DNA of 55,976 nucleotides, filler included, from Basidioascus undulatus (taxonomy: Eukaryota), in assembly GCA_000826855.1 (NCBI GenBank). It is 4 parts of 4 records of this genome, joined end to end, with 100 filler letters (N's around TTAATTAATTAA, not from the genome) between each part and the next. Parts side by side here need not be neighbours in the genome. Positions count along the whole stretch, not along the records: positions 42,085 to 55,976 come from JTLS01000773.1; 3 more parts are not named here. One strand, 5' to 3'. Within the stretch, counting starts at the first letter, position 1. Every line of letters starts with the position of its first letter. Positions 46,295 to 55,976 of this stretch are shown piece after piece. Both the position numbers and the translations under genes were made by a program. Below the pieces are notes generated by a model. That model was not told where the DNA came from and made no database searches. It saw only the letters and a program-made list of their open reading frames with translations.

Positions 46295-48619
46295 ATGGTC
46301 CTCCCTCGACCAGCCCGCCTCGGGCGACTGAGCGCTCTGCGGTCCCGCGCCGCCCCGTCCCTGCTCGCCCCATCCCGACCGACCCCCACACCACAAACCC
46401 TCGCACCCCCGACCCTTCCCGCCGCCGCTTCCGCCTTCTCCACCTCCCCCTCCCCCGCCGCCGGCTCCCGGCGCGACGGGCCCACCTTCACCGAGTTTCT
46501 CAAAATTCTCTTCAAGGGCACGCCCAAGAAGCCCACTTCCTCCGAGCGCCTCTCAGCCTTCACGGCAGCCGCCACCTCCTCCTCTCCCGACCGGCGGCTC
46601 ATCTCCCAAACCTACCTCGAGCTCAAGACCCTCCCCTCCCCACCCGCGCCGCTCCCGGACGTCCTGCGCAATGCAATGCGCGTGCTCTGCGTCTCTCCAC
46701 ACAAGCGGGACCTGCGCGTCCTGCAAGACATGTTCGACGACCTCCACTCGCTCTGGGCGATCCCCTACACGCTGGACGACGCGCACGCGCTCCTGCGCGG
46801 GCTAGCACGGCACGCGCGCGCGCGCGAGACGCTGCGCGTCCTTCGCGCGCTGGAGGATGGCGTGTACGGCGAGCATGTCCGCCCGGGGCTGATGGACTAC
46901 AATGTCGCGCTGGCTGCGTTTGCGCGCGCGGCGGACGCGGACGGCGCGCTGGAGGTGTGGGCGCTGCTGCGCGCGCATGGGGGGAGCCCGGACCGCTTCA
47001 GCTTTAACTCGCTCCTCAGCGCGCTGTTCCGCGCGGGGCGCGGCGTGGACGTGCCTGCCGTGCTGGAGGAGATGGAGCGCGCGGGGGTGAGGAGGGATTT
47101 GGTCACGGCAACGACGATCCTGGATGGGTTTGTCAAAGCGGAGGAGTGGGAGAAGGCGGGCGAGGCGGAGGCGCTCGTGCGCGAGCTCGGGCGGGACGGG
47201 CTGGATGCCCGCGCGTGGGCGGGCCTCATCGGACTCGCCGCGCGCAGGGACGGGTTCGATGCTGGCCTGGCGACGCTCCGGGAGTGCGTGAATGCCGGGG
47301 GGGATGTCAACGAGGTCACGCTCGCGACGCTCCTCCGCGTTGCGCCCCCGCTCACGACCTACGCCGAGGCGCGTGCACTCCTCGACGACCTCGCGTCCGA
47401 GACGGGCGTGGAGCCCGACCTCCGCGCGCATTCCATCCTGCTCAACAACCTCCTCTCGACCTCCTCCCTCTCCGCCGCCCTAGAGCTCTACGATTCCTCC
47501 CCTTACCCGCGGGACCTCCCGCTCATCCAGCCCCTCATGCATGCTCTCACATCCAACCCTGCAACGCGGGACCTGCCCCGCGCGCTCAAGATCTACGGTG
47601 ACCTGGACGCGTCCTCGAACCCGCCCGATGCACCCCTCTTCCGCACGCTGCTCCATGCGTGCGCGGCGGAGGGGAACGTCGGCGCCGCCGTGCGCCTCCT
47701 GGGGGACATGAAGGCCGCGGGCGTCTCGGTCGAGCCCGGCCAGGTCGTGAGCACCGCGATCGCGCTCATGCGCGCGAGCAGGGACCACGCGCAGGCGTTT
47801 CAAGCCTACGCATACATACTGAACCTCAACCGCGTCGGCGTGGACGCAGACGGGTTCGCCGCGCTCATCTCCGCGTTCTCGAACCTCTCCTTCACGCGCC
47901 TTTCCCCATCCCCCACCGCGCCATCCAAACCCGTCCGAGGCACGGCTCCGCCGATCCTCTTCGCTGAGATCCTGAAGGACATGCGGGCGGCGGGGCACCC
48001 CCCGACCGCGCGGACATACACCGTGCTCCTGGACTACTACGCGCGCGTGCGGGACCGGGAAGCAGTGCGCAAGGTGCACGCGCGCCTGACGATGGACCTC
48101 TCCCTCCGGCCCGACACGCACCTCCACAACGCGCTCATGAACGCGTACAACCGGTCCGGCGAGCCGGCGCGCGCCCTCGCTCTCTGGGACACGCTCCTCC
48201 TCTCGAACGCGTTCGACCACGCGAGCGTGAGCATCGCGCTTGACGCGTGCGGGCGCGGGGGCGCGACGGCGGGCTTGGGCAAGGGGAGGGGGATCGTGGA
48301 GACCCTGGGGGCGAGGAGGTGGAGGATGAATAGGAGGAACTGGGAGAGCTGGGTGGAGGCGCTTGTGAGGCTCGGCAGGCCTGCGGACGCGGAGGAGGTG
48401 TTGAGAGTGAGAATGCCTAGGGAGGGGTGGGAGGTCGATGAGAATGGCTTGAGGACCCTGTTGAGGATGGTTAGGGCCTTTGGGGGAAGGGGGTTGGATG
48501 AGCTGAAGGATAGGTTGAGGGAGGCGTACCCGGAGCTGTGGGAGAGCGTGAAGGACATTGGGGAGAGGGAGAGGGCGGTGGAGCCGGAGGAAGCGAGGAG
48601 ACGCGGAGATGCACGATGA
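46295..48619 (+). CDS. Intronless pentatricopeptide-repeat (PPR) protein, 774 aa, probably mitochondrial
   Basis: Presequence-like N-terminus and PPR motifs: PDRFSFNSLLSALFRAG, RDLVTATTILDGFVKA, PDAPLFRTLLHACAAEG, PTARTYTVLLDYYAR, PDTHLHNALMNAYNRSG. Confidence 0.92.
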   Translation: MVLPRPARLGRLSALRSRAAPSLLAPSRPTPTPQTLAPPTLPAAASAFSTSPSPAAGSRRDGPTFTEFLKILFKGTPKKPTSSERLSAFTAAATSSSPDRRLISQTYLELKTLPSPPAPLPDVLRNAMRVLCVSPHKRDLRVLQDMFDDLHSLWAIPYTLDDAHALLRGLARHARARETLRVLRALEDGVYGEHVRPGLMDYNVALAAFARAADADGALEVWALLRAHGGSPDRFSFNSLLSALFRAGRGVDVPAVLEEMERAGVRRDLVTATTILDGFVKAEEWEKAGEAEALVRELGRDGLDARAWAGLIGLAARRDGFDAGLATLRECVNAGGDVNEVTLATLLRVAPPLTTYAEARALLDDLASETGVEPDLRAHSILLNNLLSTSSLSAALELYDSSPYPRDLPLIQPLMHALTSNPATRDLPRALKIYGDLDASSNPPDAPLFRTLLHACAAEGNVGAAVRLLGDMKAAGVSVEPGQVVSTAIALMRASRDHAQAFQAYAYILNLNRVGVDADGFAALISAFSNLSFTRLSPSPTAPSKPVRGTAPPILFAEILKDMRAAGHPPTARTYTVLLDYYARVRDREAVRKVHARLTMDLSLRPDTHLHNALMNAYNRSGEPARALALWDTLLLSNAFDHASVSIALDACGRGGATAGLGKGRGIVETLGARRWRMNRRNWESWVEALVRLGRPADAEEVLRVRMPREGWEVDENGLRTLLRMVRAFGGRGLDELKDRLREAYPELWESVKDIGERERAVEPEEARRRGDAR

Positions 48620-49509
48620 GCTTGCACGCGCTTGAATGATATTTGATAAGGCTCGGAAGGGGGTGATCAAGTTCCCAGAAAGCTGCGTGCCGGCGGGCAT
48701 TGGGCAGGGCGTGGCGGCTGCGTTGTCGCATCGCCGTCTCGTGCACGTCCCCCCGTACGCCCCCATATTTCGACTCCCCTGGCCGGCCATCTCTCTGCAA
48801 CTGGCCCAGAAGTTTTTGCTCAAATATCCCGAAAGAGTGCATCTCGAGGGTTCTCACCCGCACATTCGCTTCAAGGCGTGAAGCGGCTCGGCGTCCGCGA
48901 GCCTGAACATGTCCGCTCGCCCGGCGCCTCAGTATCAGATAACTTACCGCTTGAGAAAGCTGGAATTTTCTGATGCAAACTGTCGGAAAGGACGCGTGCT
49001 TGTGTTGACGAGGTCGTTCTTCGGAATCTGCGTGGAAAGTGCACCCAAGGCACATGCGGCGCTGTGAAGAGCAGCTGAAAGAGCTATCGCCATAATCCTC
49101 TTCGAGATCTCAAAGCCTCTTTATTGTTTTTACACATCTTGTTTTACAAGGCGACTTGAGGAATACAGACAATGAACCTGTTGCCGGCATGGTATTTGCG
49201 ATCCCACACTGCAGCTGTGCCTCTTGCAGTTCTTTCCGTTGACACACTTTTCTCTGTGTCCTTCCGCTTGGTTATGCTGAGAACTACAGGAAGAGGTACC
49301 CAAAACAGCCCCCGGCGGAATGGAGTATTGTCGCGCTCCATCGCAAGGAGGTACGCGCCAAACTCCCCCGTCGAGTTTATAGGGTCACGGGTCTCCAAAA
49401 GTGTGCGTAATTGATCGATGATAAGTCTGCAGAACCAATTTAAAGTGTATGTTGAACATCAAACCGCTGTGAGGAGGTTGGATTCCTCCCAACGTCACGG
49501 TCTACGCGG

Positions 49510-51122
49510 GTGACATGCTCGGCCCGGGAGGCGGCGGCGACGCCTCTTTCCTTCCTACCATCACCTACTACTCACTGCCTTCCAACACTGACCCAGCCCT
49601 TCAGTCGTCATGGTGTCCAGACTATCAAGAAGTTCTTCGAGACCCCTGACCCCCGTATTTCAATCCCTGACGGCGTGAAGCACCTCGCCGTCTATGAGCC
49701 CGACTGTGCCCTACTCCCAAACAATACCTCAGGCGTCCTGGATAGCACTTCGGGTCCGGCGGGTTTCGCACTCAACGAAATCTACCGGCAGATGCTCGTC
49801 GTTCTTTACAATGGGACTGGCCGCATCGGGGTGGCACGCATTGCAGAGGCCACTCGCATCAACAAGGACGTCTTGGTCACCTTCTTCCGAGGCCCGGGGA
49901 CTCCCAGCCTCGTTTGCATCTCACCATGTGGACCGCATGGAGTGGCTGGAACAGTACTTGAGGGGATGGGCGAAGATGCAGGCGCTGCAGTTGATGGGAC
50001 TGTCGGAACAGTGCGTTGGCTACCATTTCCACTTGCTCGCCTGCCTTCGATGCTCACAAGATGGGCGGAGACAGCACCGTGAAAACCGCACAGCGCAACC
50101 TCCTCTGGCTTTAGTCCCGACCCTCAACCACCTCACGTGCCCTCCACGACATCGCATAGGATACGGTCCCCTTCCACACTTTTCCGCCTGTCTTCCCTGC
50201 TTTCGCATCTGCCCAGGCCCGGCTTCGCGCATCCCGCGTCACCCGAGCTGCGATACAGGGCAAAATTTAGCTGGGTCGGCGTGACTATGAGGGGATCTTT
50301 CGGCAGCTTGAGATGGCTATTCGAGGTGGATAATTACTCTCGTGATCCAGTGTCAGCTCGTACTCACTGCGGGTGCTTGTTGTCCAGAGCAACCCAAGCT
50401 GTGCGCCTACACGGTCTCTCAGGACCCTGACGAACTGTTGATTCCTGATAGCTCGGTTTCTGATCCATTCGAGCTGGTGCGCCACCCTTTCATTCTCTTT
50501 TACCGGAATCGACATCATGTTGGTCTCGTCTAGGCTGACCGTGTACTGCTCAACAGCATATCATTGGGCAGGGGCGCCTTACGCTTCCCGCAGCCCTTCA
50601 ACACGTCGTCCACGTTCATCAAAACCTGCTTCACAACGACTTTTACAAGCTGCTACACTCTATGATATACTCATTGCCGCTTTCAGCCATCCGGGTTACC
50701 TAGTAGATTCCGCGTATGTCGCTGTCTCCCCTTTTCATCTTTCCGTCGGCCCTGCATTGAGAGCAAATTACATAGGTCCTCTGCAGCCGCTGTAATCGGA
50801 TGTCGAAAGACAGAACGGTACTCTCACTTCAAACGCTACCACTTAATCTGCACTGCCCCCGCAGGTCCCCGTCCTCGCATCCCTTATCTACCTCAACGCC
50901 TACACCTACCTCAGCAGCCGAGCCGTCATCTTGCAGTGCGTCCAGATCAGCCTAATTTCCCCATCTACAGCACCATCCACTCACAAACTTTTAACATCTA
51001 GAACAAACGGCCAAACACCTATCTCCGCCATCGCCGGCCTGCGCCAGCACGGCGGCACGCACCCGTCTCTCCGCGGCGCGTACGCCTGGCCGCGCAGCGA
51101 GGCGGAGATGGATGCAATTTAG
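49510..51122 (+). CDS. Unidentified spliced gene or genes (possibly decayed)
   Basis: Globular-looking exon (KKFFETPDPRISIPDG...SGPAGFALNEIYRQMLVVLYNGTGRIGVA...CISPCGPHG) with a GTGCGT donor at about 50011, and a terminal exon after CCCGCAG at about 50864. No coherent gene model was obtained. Confidence 0.4.
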
Positions 51123-51210
51123 GGAGGACACAATATGGAATCGGGGGGCCATGGGGCGGGCCTTATGGGGCGGAATCAGGCAGTTGGAAGGATTAAAGGG
51201 AGGTGAAATA

Positions 51211-51370
51211 AAGTTTCGAGACAATTCTGCCGATGGCAGTTGTAATTTGCCGGGGCATCTTCTGCCCGTGTCGGGCTCAACGGAGGTTTAGAAAGAAAGT
51301 CTCGCGGGATGCAGAGTGCTACGTCGTTCGGCAAACTACAACTGCCATCGGCAGAATTGTCGCGAAACTT
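51211..51370. repeat. 160-bp inverted-repeat (hairpin/MITE-like) element with 42-bp arms
   Basis: 51211-51252 is the reverse complement of 51329-51370 with 2 mismatches, and each arm contains the palindrome CTGCC-GAT-GGCAG. Confidence 0.9.
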
Positions 51371-52579
51371 CCTATCGGAAGACGCGGCGTGGACGCATAC
51401 CGCGCTGCACAATTGTAGTACGGATGGGCAAGTCGCGCCGTGCAGTGAACAGTACCGCTCCATACCCTTCTACGACACTGATCATTGACTGGGCCAATTT
51501 CCAAGACGCGCGAGGATAAAATCTCGGAGTGGTTTGCTATTTGCTAAGGAGGAGCGGTTGTGTATCGAATGCTGCATTGCGCATCCCGCATCGACTTCAA
51601 GACTGCTTCGATTGGTAGGCCGTCCCTCGCCACGGCCGATTCTTGGACTTTAAAATACGTCTTAAACCGAAGAATTCACCTACCAAGGCCAAGCTTCGGC
51701 CCTTAGCGCTGGGCTATTAGCATTTTGTGAATTGACGTGATTCTAGCTTGCAGTGCTGTGACCTGCTTAGCTCATGACAATGTGCCACTGTGCCTTTTGC
51801 TCTGGCCGGTTTTATGTGCAAATACAACTCACACAGCGGGCTGTAGAAAAGATTCGACATCTTGCGCATTCCCAGACATCCACAGAAAATATGAAGCAGA
51901 GTTTTAGGCCAGGTAGACACCCTTGGCCTGCTCCTCTTCTTAGAACATCGGTGCCGTCCTTTATCACCTGCTCATCTACGACTGGAAAAGACTCACCAAA
52001 ACAAACAGATATGGCAAACATGAGGAGAGATTAAGTGGGTAAGTGGTAATCAGTCTGAGAAATGTCATTGAGGATTATAGGAACTTCGCAACGTGAACAC
52101 ACATTAAGTTTATAGTCTGAGTAGCCCGTCGCTAGTGGATGTTGAAGAGTAATGCAGCCGGAGGGTCGCGCAACCTCAGACTGCAACTTGCGACGCAATT
52201 CCGCAACCTTTGAGCCCGGGGTGTTGGTGTTCTTTTTGCTTAGAATGCAAATTCCCTGCCTCCGAGATTGTTTTCATGCACACTTATGCAAGCTGCTACC
52301 AGCTGCCAGTGGCCACGGATGGCTGTGCCAGCCAGAGTGTCGTCGGTGATCGCACGATGGTGACACAGGCGAACAGAATGCTAATATTCTTTCGAAGCAA
52401 GAGTAAGAATTTTGTATGAGCTTCCGCTTGATTGCTTGCACTGCAATGCAACGCAGTCCACAACAGCCCAAAACTTTTGGCATGGCGGCCCGTCTCGTCC
52501 TTTTCATTCCTTTTGCCGTCACCCACAAGCGCCACGAGTATTTGCTGGATAATTATTACTCTTACCACGTCGCTAAACC

Positions 52580-53347
52580 ATGTCCACACTTCGCAAAGAC
52601 TACAAGTTTCCCAACGACCTATGCAGCCACTGGGACAAGCCAAAACAGCCGAATGGCCCAAAGCACAGGATCTGCGGACGCTGTCAGCGAAGTTCGTCAG
52701 CCCGTCCCTCCGCTGTGCTGACTATCTGGCACTTTCTGCAGGTCAATACTGCTCTAAAGAGTGTCAGCACCTGGCATGGCCTGCCCACATAGCCCTCTGC
52801 GACGCAAATGTCTCCCTCTTCACCTCCACAACCGCCTCACCGAAGACCTTTGGCAGTCATCAGGGCGCTGGAGGCAACGCAGGCGGCCCACGCTGACGAC
52901 TTCACCTGCTCTGTATTTCGGGCTTTACAGCTGTACCTCGACGGCTTCAACGGCGCCCGCCACGCTCTGCGCATCCGCGTCTGCCCATCAGCCTTTACTC
53001 CCCCGCGCTTCGAACTTATCGATTACACGGTGGTGCCTTTGATGAAGGTGAAGGATGAGTATGGGGAGACGAGTGGTACAATTATGGAGTCGTTCGAGCG
53101 TTATCATGTAGATGGTACGTATCTCGTGATCTTGGGGGTTGGGGAGGTCCAGGGACTGATACGTAAACGATGGGTCAGAGGTAGCTAAAGGTGGGCAACG
53201 CATGGCATTGCTCATGCTCCAGGCCAGAACCGTGGTCCAAGTTATGACCGTAGTTCCGGGGAGGTATTTCTTCCGTCAGTACGTCCCTGTGTCGGAGCAC
53301 TGGTGGGACACTCTGCGGGATGTGCTGGACGGGCCAGCGGGCGAGCG
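52580..53347 (+). pseudogene. MYND zinc-finger protein gene, frameshifted
   Basis: MSTLRK...LCSHWDK...ICGRCQR/SQYCSKECQHLAWPAHIALC, then a frameshift near 52845 into LAVIRALEATQAAHADDF...RFEL. Canonical introns are present. Confidence 0.75.
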
Positions 53348-53961
53348 GTGAGTGCGACTGCTTATTCCCGTAAGGAACATGGGTTGACGATTTCCCCGGA
53401 GATTAGGAAAGGGCTGGGGTGGGGACTGCGACCAGACATCCGTACCTGCTGTTCAATGCATCTCACACGTGATTCCAGCTTGTGCTCCAACGTTTGTCAA
53501 TAGTAATGGGTGAAGAGAGGCTTCCAATTTGTATGTATTGTATATATGGTAATCATGTTTTTTTTTGTAATCCGGAAGTAATGCTCAGTAGTATTCAACG
53601 GGTGACTTGGTCTCCGACTACAAGCGAGGTTCTTACAACCGCTGCAGTGACATTCCAGCCTGCTGTATCAGGTTGAAGTATCTGAACGGCCTCAATCACC
53701 AACACTAACGGTATGAATCAACAATCGTGTTTTGTTACAGACGACAATTGGAAACAAGAGGGAAGGAACTCCACAAGTGGAAGGTACTTAAATACGCTTT
53801 ACACAGACTACTGGTGCTCTTTAGATTGAAAGGTTTATGCAGAGTCATTCTTATTTTGGAATTTCCACAAGGATGAATCTAAATGGACCTTGTTTCAAGA
53901 ATCACTAATGTTAAGGGCTGAGATCTGCTTATTAAATTTATTAGTGGAAAGAAACACTAAT

Positions 53962-54035
53962 GGCCGCTTAACTCAGTTGGTTAGAGTGTGGAGCTAATAA
54001 CTCCAAAGTCGCAGGTTCGACCCCTGCAGTGGCCA
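53962..54035 (+). tRNA. tRNA-Ile(AAU), intronless
   Basis: Acceptor GGCCGCT/AGTGGCC-A, D arm ACTC..GAGT, anticodon stem TGGAG/CTCCA with loop CT-AAT-AA, T arm GCAGG-TTCGACC-CCTGC. Confidence 0.96.
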
Positions 54036-54039
54036 GCTG

Positions 54040-54048
54040 TTTTATTTT
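54040..54048 (+). terminator. Pol III oligo-T terminator of tRNA-Ile
   Basis: TTTTATTTT a few nucleotides downstream of the tRNA. Confidence 0.7.
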
Positions 54049-54431
54049 GGAACAATTTTGCACCTTTCAAAATATCACTGGCACCTACCCACACTCGCTA
54101 CCAAACCTGCCATGGGTGGTGCATTCTTTTACCGACCATCACTGAAAACCGTACACAGCGATGACTGTCCAGCACACAAAGCCCAGCTGCTCCAAGGCAG
54201 CCAGCAGTCAATTTGGTTCAGGTTTCCAATCTTGATTTAACCATCCAACGGTCAAAACGCGGAGCTGTATACAAAAAAGGCACGTTACAGGGTAGTTGAG
54301 CAGCATAGCGTCAGTGAGCACAACAACATTCCGTAGACAAACCCATCACGACCTATCGTGAACTGCCAGCAAAGTCCCCAAGGAACGGAAAAGAAAAGTC
54401 CAAAACAAACAGAGGCGGACATGCCTGCCGC

Positions 54432-55976
54432 TCAGTCAACCCCGAACCCCGAAACCTTCTTCATCCACCGTTTCATGAGCACGTCCAGGTCAGCCAGAAC
54501 GAATCGGCACACGACGCTGCCGAAGAAGTCGGCAGCGCGGCGGAGGCGCGCGTCGATCTGCGCGCGCGTGTCGGGCGGGAGACGCGCGTAGGAGGACGGG
54601 GATGAGGCCGGCGGGTGCAGGCTCACGAGATGCTGATCTGCGAGGGCGAGAGGAGTAGATGAACAGGTGGGGAGGGGAGAGGAGGGATGGGGACGGACCG
54701 AGTGTTTGGGCTGCTTGGAAGACGCGCGTGAGGGTGTAGACGTAGGCTGGTAGGGAGTCGCTGCAGTGTAGGAGACTGGTCAGACAGAGTGGGAGGATAG
54801 CGAAAGGCGAGCAGAGTAGAAAGAGGGCAACGTACTCTTTACGTCCATGATGATGCGAGACACCCAGCGACCTAGCCATCTTCGACGTCCACACGCCCAT
54901 CTGCCAGCGCTACGTCAGTACCCACTTAAGTTCCCTTCACAGAGCGCCCTGCAGTTGACAGAAAGACTCACCGAACCCGCCTTCCTCCCCTTGACCGTCT
55001 CGTACCCCAACTTCTTCGCAATCTGATCCTGCGCGTCGTCGAGCCCCGCACAAAACTCCGCCAACACGCGCGCAAAGTGCCCCGCAGCCTGCTCCATCCG
55101 CAAGCTCGTCGGTTCTTCCCCTTCCTTCCCCTCGCGGAGAAGCCGCTCGCCCGCGCGCTCGACCTCGTGCAGCCCGACGAGAACCGCCTCGAGCGTGCGG
55201 ACTTTCACGTCGAGATAGTCGAGCTTCACCGCCCCGCCCGCGCGCCACATCTCCGCGCTGATGTACAGCCTCCGCGTGAGGTACCCGCCCGCGAGCATGG
55301 ACGCGCGCAGCTGGCGCATGAGGTGGAACGGCCGGCGGAACGCGGGCGAGGGCGGGGGCCCGTACGCTGCTGGGGCGTGCAGGGGTGCGTCTAGCCCTTG
55401 CCCTAGCCCAATGGGGTGGACGAACAGCCCGGCGGGGGCGTCTAATGCGGGGGTCAGAGCTACGAAGGACGGCGTGAACGGCGTCCAGAGCAGTCCGGTG
55501 GCGGGCGGCGGCAGAGCTCGTTCTGCGTCGTTGGGAGTCCGCAACGAGCGGAAGGTGGGGACGGGCGGGGGCGCGCCGACGGGCAAGGGCGACGAGATCG
55601 AGCCTCGCAGACTCGGACGGCGGGCCGGGTTGGAGAGTGCGCGCATGCGTCCGCCTGGCGTAGGGTTGTTGCGGAAGAAGGACGAGGGCGCGTGGGTGAC
55701 GGTGCGCGACGGCGAGGTCGTGCGGAGGGTCTCGTCGGATGCCGCGCGGCTGATGGTGAGGGTGGAGGTGGGCGATGAGGAGGACAGCGAAGGGCGAGAG
55801 TAGCGAAGAGCAGGTGGGGGCGTTCCGTTCGGCCTCTCCATCTGGCTCTGCCGCCGCTGCGAAATCGTCCCCTCCCTCACGCTCGGCGAGACGAGCAGCT
55901 GCCGCGCACGCTGTGCCGCCGCAGCGGTCCCCACCAATCCCGCCGTTTCCGGCAGCGCCGGCAGCGCTGGCTCGCC
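54432..55976 (-). CDS. C-terminal part of a conserved fungal protein, usually annotated as MIT-domain-containing; 5' end outside the window
   Basis: S/P-rich linker, RRPFHLMRQLRASMLAGGYLTRRLYISAEMW..GG..KL...DVKVR, and terminal LRRAADFFGSVVCRFVLADLDVLMKRWMKK. The MIT domain itself is not visible here. Confidence 0.7.

Noticed and set aside
46553..48823. Long antisense ORFs (for example 447 aa at 47480-48823) and similar ones over FIP1, seipin, PRP43 and CBF5
   Set aside because: These are shadow frames produced by high GC3 in the real genes and contain no recognisable domains.

Overview
This is fungal genomic DNA from an intron-rich, GC-rich basidiomycete yeast; a Microbotryomycetes/Rhodotorula-like identity is inferred from GTGCGT/GTGAGT donors, short introns and the gene families present. 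The window is not one locus. It is four unlinked contigs of descending length (1-13941, 14042-27976, 28077-41984, 42085-55976) joined by artificial 100-bp N44-TTAATTAATTAA-N44 linkers. Recognisable genes are ATP synthase subunit e, FIP1, seipin, ARP6 (truncated), RRP42 (partial), a SET-MYND (SMYD) protein, mitoribosomal mL54, flavocytochrome b2, an Oxidored-like protein, PRP43, an SNG1-family membrane protein, CBF5, RRP17/NOL12, a PPR protein and a probable MIT-family protein C-terminus. There are also two tRNAs (His with a 10-nt intron, Ile), several pseudogenes (ubiquitin-like fusion, F-box, MYND), an LSU rDNA fragment beside a CpG-decayed stack of palindromic repeat arrays, and a 160-bp hairpin element. 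The most notable feature is the ~500-nt first intron of CBF5. It appears to be two back-to-back introns separated by a zero-length exon (AG|GTGAGT, a recursive splice site), and each half carries a paralogous box C/D snoRNA with an antisense element to LSU rRNA. All protein and RNA family calls come from motif recognition by eye, not from database searches, and exon boundaries are manual predictions.
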